From contig CAZEQZ010000002.1 of the NCBI GenBank assembly GCA_964514595.1, positions 250,898-314,897 of the forward strand: 64,000 nucleotides of DNA. The letters are read 5' to 3'. The notes beneath the pieces are model-generated. The model did no database searches. It was not told where the DNA came from and saw nothing but the letters and a program-made list of their open reading frames with translations. How positions within the stretch are numbered: the stretch's first letter is position 1; the number at the start of each line of letters is the position of its first letter. Source of the stretch: an uncultured Candidatus Saccharibacteria bacterium. GTDB lineage: Bacteria; Patescibacteriota; Dojkabacteria; SC72. Shown here piece by piece: positions 58,953 to 64,000 of this stretch. A program made the translations under genes and the position numbers.

Positions 58953-61235
58953 CTACTGGGACATCATCTGTTGACCCATTAATAAACCCTCAGCTAGTCC
59001 CAATTTAACTAACTCTTGCCATACCGCCTCTGTGACAAAGGGTACAAATGGATGCATAACCTTTAAATTCTCTTTCAATATATACAGTAATTCCGATAGT
59101 AGTTCTGTCCTCCTCTCACTACCCACTTCCTCATCCCTAATTTCATTTTTTATTTCTTCTATCCATACATCACACAACTGATGCCAGAAGAATTCTCTAA
59201 TACCCTCCGCGCCTAAATTGAATTGGTATCTTTCAATATACCCCCCAATTTTCTTGACATGTGCATTAGTTTTGCCTGTTCTATCTGTCTTCTTAACCTC
59301 GTACTTAGTGATATCCTTTATTTCCTTCTCATCAATATTCATAAGTATAAATCTACTAGCATTCCATATTTTATTAACAAAATTTCTATTCCCCTTGATC
59401 TTTTCCTCCCTTAGTGGAGCATTAGAACCTGGGAGGGCATCAGAGTAGTACCATAATCTAAGAGCATCGGCACCATATTTTTCAAAAACCTCCTGTGGTT
59501 CTACACCATTACCCTTACTCTTGGACATCTTAGAACCATCTACCGCTAAGATCATACCTGTCAAAAATACCGTATGGTATGGAACCTGCCCAGTTCTGTA
59601 TATGCCCATCATAATCATTCTCGCAGACCACCAAAATAGAATATCTCTCGCATGTGTCATTACCTGAGTAGGGTAGTATTTTTTGAAGTCTTCACCTTCT
59701 ATTCCTCCCAGCGTAGAAAACGGCCACTGTCCAGAACTAAACCATGTGTCAAAAACATCCTCATCCTGTTCCCACACCTCACCGTTCTTCGATTCTGGTT
59801 GCTCCTCACCCAAATATATCTGCCCAGTACCATTAGGTTTCTCTCCTGTTTCCTTAACATATTCATCTATTCCTTTTTCTTCATTCTCTTGGAGCCAATC
59901 ATACAGTTTTCTTCCGCCACTATACCAAACAGGTATCCTCTGGCCCCACCATAATTGCCTAGATACACACCACGGTTGAATATTCTCGTAGAAATGCTCT
60001 AACGCTTTCTGTTGCCCTAAAGGTATTACCTTAACATTGCCCTTTTTTATCTCCTCTAAAGCTTTTTCCGCCAAGGGCTTCACATTAACATACCACTGAT
60101 TAGAAACTATTGGCTCTATTGGAGTCTTGCACCTCTCACACAGCATAATCTCATGCTCTATGTTTTCAATTTTCAACAGTAATCCTTCCTTTTCTAACTC
60201 CTCACACAATGCCTTAGAACACTCTACCGTTCCCATGCCAATAAACCTTTCAGGGATATCCCCCTCCATCTTGGCTTCCTCATTTATTACATTCCTAACT
60301 TCCAAACCGTGCCTCTTGCCTAATTCAAAATCTATAGGGGAGTGAGCAGGCGTAACTTTTAAAGCACCCGTCCCCAATTCAATATCTATTTCATCATCTG
60401 CAACAACGGGTATTTCCCTATTCGCTATCGGAAGGGTAACTCTTTTCCCAACAAATTCCTTGTATCTTTCATCCTTTGGATTTACCGCTACTGCAGTATC
60501 TCCTAACATAGTTTCTGGCCTTGTAGTAGCAACTGTAATTCCTTCCTGCCCCAGCACCTCTTTCGCCCTCTTTCTATCACCTTCCTCTACGAACGGATAC
60601 ACTATATATGCGAATATGCCCCTTCTCAGCTCATGTTCTGTATCCACATCGGCCAATGCAGTCATACAGTTAGGACACTGATTTATAATCCTCTTATCCC
60701 TATATACCAACCCATCCTCAAACATCTTATAGAATGTCTCATACACCACCTTTGTTAACCTAGGATCCAACGTGAAGAACTCCCTACTATAGTCTGCTGA
60801 AAGCCCAATTCTTTTTTCTTGTTGAGTAGCATTCTTTGCATTCTCAATACAAAACTTGTAGCTTTCTTCATAGAACTTCTCTCTCCCCATCTCAGTTTTA
60901 CTCTTTCCTTCCTTTTCGAGTTTTTTTGTAAATACACTCTCCGTCTGAATTCCTGCATGATCTTTCCCAGGAAGAAGTAGGGTGGGATGGCCGGTCATCC
61001 TCATATATCGACCCATTACATCATGAAAGGAGTAGCCACACACATGCCCTAAATGCAGGTTTCCATTAGCATTGGGAGGGGGGAGGGTTATTGTGAAAGG
61101 TTTCTGAATTTCGTAATTACCTTCTTGAAGATATTTGTACATATTATCTGGGTTTGTTAGCCCAGAGCTTTCCCAAAGGTTGTATATTTCCTCCTCGTTT
61201 GCTTCAAATGTTTTAGAAATACTGTTTTGTGTCAT
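58953..61235 (-). CDS. valS: Valine--tRNA ligase (no C-terminal coiled coil)
   Basis: PPPNANGNLHLGH, DHAGI, TTRPETMLGD, WCVSRQLWWG, DTWFSS, KMSKS. Confidence 0.96.
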   Translation of the reverse strand: MTQNSISKTFEANEEEIYNLWESSGLTNPDNMYKYLQEGNYEIQKPFTITLPPPNANGNLHLGHVCGYSFHDVMGRYMRMTGHPTLLLPGKDHAGIQTESVFTKKLEKEGKSKTEMGREKFYEESYKFCIENAKNATQQEKRIGLSADYSREFFTLDPRLTKVVYETFYKMFEDGLVYRDKRIINQCPNCMTALADVDTEHELRRGIFAYIVYPFVEEGDRKRAKEVLGQEGITVATTRPETMLGDTAVAVNPKDERYKEFVGKRVTLPIANREIPVVADDEIDIELGTGALKVTPAHSPIDFELGKRHGLEVRNVINEEAKMEGDIPERFIGMGTVECSKALCEELEKEGLLLKIENIEHEIMLCERCKTPIEPIVSNQWYVNVKPLAEKALEEIKKGNVKVIPLGQQKALEHFYENIQPWCVSRQLWWGQRIPVWYSGGRKLYDWLQENEEKGIDEYVKETGEKPNGTGQIYLGEEQPESKNGEVWEQDEDVFDTWFSSGQWPFSTLGGIEGEDFKKYYPTQVMTHARDILFWWSARMIMMGIYRTGQVPYHTVFLTGMILAVDGSKMSKSKGNGVEPQEVFEKYGADALRLWYYSDALPGSNAPLREEKIKGNRNFVNKIWNASRFILMNIDEKEIKDITKYEVKKTDRTGKTNAHVKKIGGYIERYQFNLGAEGIREFFWHQLCDVWIEEIKNEIRDEEVGSERRTELLSELLYILKENLKVMHPFVPFVTEAVWQELVKLGLAEGLLMGQQMMSQ

Positions 61236-61256
61236 ACCAATAACGCCATTATATCA

Positions 61257-61355
61257 CATCCACACAAGGGTCTGACCCTCCTCTGTCCCCCTTTTCCCAA
61301 AGCTTTGGTAGCACAAGCGGTTGTGTGGATGGGGGTCTGTCCCCGGCCTGGCCCC
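61257..61355. repeat. GC-rich REP-like element with two 22-bp doublets and an 11-bp inverted repeat
   Basis: GGTCTGACCCT-CCTCTGTCCCC (61269) and GGTCTGTCCCC-GGCCTGGCCCC (61334); CATCCACACAA (61257-67) pairs with TTGTGTGGATG (61321-31). Confidence 0.6.
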
Positions 61356-61482
61356 TGGATATATCCCATCGGCTATGGTAGAATTGCTATATCTTTGAAA
61401 TTTCCCTTCCCAAAAACACGATCCTTTGAAACCTGTATAATGGTTTGTGAGAAGGATATATATAATATTGATAATATAAATA

Positions 61483-63165
61483 ATGAAAGATAACAGAAAA
61501 GAAATGCTGCAACTATGCACACTATCTGGAACAACAGAAATAGGTAGAAACTCAAACTTTGTTCAATATGATGACGAAATAGTAATGATAGATGCTGGAT
61601 ACTCGTTTCCTGGGCACGAGATGTATGGTATTGATTATTTAATACCAAATGTTAAATATCTCAAACAAAACAAACAGAAGGTTAAAGCCATTTTAATAAC
61701 ACATGGTCATTTAGACCATACTGGTGCACTCAAATGGATACTACCTGAGTTAGACTATCCACCAATATATGCAGGAGGTTTTGCGAAGGCCCTAATTGAG
61801 GCAAAAATGAAAGAGTACAAAATGGAAAAGAAAGTAAAAATATATGAGGTAGATAGGAAATCACAAATAAATATAGGAAAGAACTTCAAAGCCACATTTA
61901 TAGGCATTAACCACAGCATTCCCGATGCTTTTTCCATATTTTTGGAAACCCCTAAGGGTAATATTTTTTTCTCTGGCGATTTCAAAATAGACAAAGAACC
62001 TGCTAATGAACCTCAAAGTGATTACGAAAAATTAAGAAACCTAAGGGGAAAGATCGATTTGGCACTAATGGAGAGTACTAATGCCTCCACCCCCGGAAAA
62101 GCTCCTTCAGAAACGGAGATTTCAAAAAACTTAGAAGAAATAATATCGAAACACAACGGAAGGGTTATTGTCTCAGCTTTTTCTTCGTTAATCACAAGAC
62201 TCTATTCTTTAGTTGAAATAGCAAAAAGAACAAACAGAAAAATCGTAATATCTGGGAGAAGCTTAGAACAAGCAATATCAATAGCAAGAGAAAAAAGATA
62301 TATTAGCGTGGACGAAAAATTACTAATCAAGGAGAGAGAAATTAACAAATATCCTGACAACGAATTGTTGATACTTTGCACAGGCAGTCAGGGAGAAAGG
62401 TTTGCAGCATTAAATAGAATATCTCTTAATGAGCATAAATATATAAAACTCAGGAGGGGAGATCTAATAATACTTTCTTCCTCTGAAATACCAGAAAATA
62501 TAACTGCAATAGAGAGAATGACGGATAGAATATTAGAGTTTGGAGTTGAATTAATTAAAGATGGCGTTGACACAAAGATCCACTCCACAGGACATGGAAA
62601 TCAAGAAGATATTAAAATGATGCTAGAGATGGTCCAGCCTAAACACATTATGCCGGTACACGGGTCATTAACTTTCAGATACTTCCATAAGAAAAATTTG
62701 ATAAAGTGGGGATTTGATAGAAACAAAATATTTCTCACAGAAGATGGTCAGATATGGAATTACGACGGGAATTACTGGAACAAAGGGAAGAGGGTTGAAT
62801 CTAAACCTATTCTAATAGACGGCCTTGGGGTAGGAGATATAGGGGACGTTGTACTCAAAGATAGGAAACAACTTTCAGAATACGGTATGTTCGCAGTTGT
62901 GTTAAATCTAAGTTCTAAGAACAAGAAAATCATAGGTCGTCCGAGGTTTCTCTCTAGGGGATTTGTATACCTAAAGAGCTCGCATGCCCTACTTAAAGAA
63001 ATTGAAAACACCATTTTTGATATTCACAGAGAATGGGGGAAATACTCTTCACAAAAAGGAAAGTACGAAGAGAAAATGTTAATACAGAAGATAGAGAAAC
63101 AGTTATCCAAGCTCATATTTAAGAAGACAGAAAGAGAACCAATTATCCTTGTATCTGTAATCTAG
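61483..63165 (+). CDS. rnj: Ribonuclease J
   Basis: EIGRN, ITHGHLDHTG, NHSIPD, SGDFKID, TGSQGE, HSTGHG, PVHG. Confidence 0.97.
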   Translation: MKDNRKEMLQLCTLSGTTEIGRNSNFVQYDDEIVMIDAGYSFPGHEMYGIDYLIPNVKYLKQNKQKVKAILITHGHLDHTGALKWILPELDYPPIYAGGFAKALIEAKMKEYKMEKKVKIYEVDRKSQINIGKNFKATFIGINHSIPDAFSIFLETPKGNIFFSGDFKIDKEPANEPQSDYEKLRNLRGKIDLALMESTNASTPGKAPSETEISKNLEEIISKHNGRVIVSAFSSLITRLYSLVEIAKRTNRKIVISGRSLEQAISIAREKRYISVDEKLLIKEREINKYPDNELLILCTGSQGERFAALNRISLNEHKYIKLRRGDLIILSSSEIPENITAIERMTDRILEFGVELIKDGVDTKIHSTGHGNQEDIKMMLEMVQPKHIMPVHGSLTFRYFHKKNLIKWGFDRNKIFLTEDGQIWNYDGNYWNKGKRVESKPILIDGLGVGDIGDVVLKDRKQLSEYGMFAVVLNLSSKNKKIIGRPRFLSRGFVYLKSSHALLKEIENTIFDIHREWGKYSSQKGKYEEKMLIQKIEKQLSKLIFKKTEREPIILVSVI

Positions 63166-63205
63166 AAGAACTTTTTTAAAAATATAAATATGATATACTT
63201 TTTGT

Positions 63206-64000
63206 ATGCTAAATCTGCCTTTTTTAAAAACATCTAGCAAAGGTTCCATACAACATGGTCAAAATGTGGTTGCCTTGGATATTGGTACGGAACAGCTCAA
63301 AGGAATGCTCTTCACAACAGGGGAACTCGGTGTAGATATTAAGAAAATTACAAGAGTCAATCAACAACAGCATGCAATGAGGAGTGGAATTATTAAAAAT
63401 CTAGATACCGTGCTTGAGAATTGTAGATTGGCAATTTCTGAACTAAACGACAGATTGGCACAAGAAGAGTATCCAAGGAATGTAGTGATGGGTATTGCAG
63501 GAGAGTACATACAAGGAGTATCGATTGTTGTTAACTACCAAAGAGAGGAGAACTTTGAAAAAGAGGTTACCGAAAAGGAAGAAAACAAGATACTTGCTCA
63601 AATCAGAGGGAAAATAGAAGCAAGTGGAAAAGAGGACTTAAGTCAGAGAATTGGGCTAACAAATGAGGATATTGAAATCCTGCATATAACTCAGACAGGG
63701 TTGGAGATAGGAGGAATGCCCGTAGATTCATTAATAGGATACAAAGGGAGAGATGTGAGGCTTCACTTCTATGCCTCTTTTGCTCCTAAAACATACACAG
63801 AAGCACTAAAGAGAGTTGCAAGTGAGCTTAAAATGGAAGTACTGGGGATAGTATCCCAACCATTCGCAGTAGCGAGAGCATACGCAGGATCGAGTAATAG
63901 AGATTTTTCTGCAATATTTCTAGATATTGGAGGAGGTACAACTGACATAGCAATTGTAGAAAAGGGAAATGTTGTAGAGACAAAGATGTTTGCATTTGGA
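63206..64000 (+). CDS. ftsA: FtsA-like actin-fold protein, partial (runs off the window)
   Basis: Manual translation: MLNLPFLK...VVALDIGTE...AMRSGII...VMGIAGE...QPFAVA...FLDIGGGTTDIA; no stop before the window end. Confidence 0.8.
   Translation, partial: MLNLPFLKTSSKGSIQHGQNVVALDIGTEQLKGMLFTTGELGVDIKKITRVNQQQHAMRSGIIKNLDTVLENCRLAISELNDRLAQEEYPRNVVMGIAGEYIQGVSIVVNYQREENFEKEVTEKEENKILAQIRGKIEASGKEDLSQRIGLTNEDIEILHITQTGLEIGGMPVDSLIGYKGRDVRLHFYASFAPKTYTEALKRVASELKMEVLGIVSQPFAVARAYAGSSNRDFSAIFLDIGGGTTDIAIVEKGNVVETKMFAFG

Noticed and set aside
61236-61482. T-box riboswitch upstream of valS
   Set aside because: No AGGGTGGNACCGCG-type T-box sequence seen on the minus strand, and a -10 box sits only 12 nt before the valS ATG, excluding this region from the leader.
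61227-61648. Short ORFs across the valS-rnj and groES upstream (23176-23392) intergenic regions
   Set aside because: They run through the GC-rich repeat elements and give repeat-derived peptides (GTDP, GDRPGSDP); there is no support for translation.
63215-63220. CTGCCT near the ftsA start as another member of the upstream motif
   Set aside because: It lies inside the coding sequence (codons for NLP) after the likely ATG at 63206, so it was not counted.
1-64000. tRNA, rRNA, tmRNA or SRP genes; alternative genetic code
   Set aside because: No cloverleaf or T-loop signatures seen in the short intergenic gaps. Core genes are full length under code 11 and TGA serves as a stop (GT2 at 33925-27). 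A tRNAscan/Infernal run would be the definitive check.

Overview
This is an AT-rich (roughly one-third GC by eye), gene-dense bacterial chromosome segment read in the standard bacterial code. By inference it comes from a Patescibacteria/CPR organism, possibly Dojkabacteria-like, given the short HrcA, ValRS and MetRS, highly diverged RpoB, double-length ThyX, PrgI/VirB4 module and SDR-DUF4012 fusion. Most of the window is core genes: rpsT, lepA-recF, folD-glyA-thyX-dcd, groES-groEL, murJ, comF, hrcA-grpE-dnaK, rplY, rpoB-rpoC-rpsL-rpsG, ftsK, dnaG, rsmA, rpoD, pilN-pilO, metG, valS, rnj and a partial ftsA-like gene. I saw no tRNA, rRNA, CRISPR array, integrase or transposase. The main observations are: (1) a 6.3-13.7 kb locus with a minimal PrgI/TraC/VirB4 secretion-like operon, a Lon ATPase lacking its protease domain, and secreted or surface proteins; (2) a CTGCC motif 2-6 nt before the start codons of five envelope- or secretion-linked genes, in a window where many other genes look leaderless; (3) GC-rich REP-like doublet repeats at about 23.2-23.4 kb and 61.3 kb; (4) a SprT-like protease, a small unannotated ORF and an XRE repressor arranged like a switch; (5) natural rifampicin- and streptomycin-resistance-type residues in RpoB and S12; (6) a methyltransferase-Trm112 fusion next to rsmA and several enzymes with degenerate catalytic motifs. 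All family calls come from recognising motifs by eye; no database searches were run.
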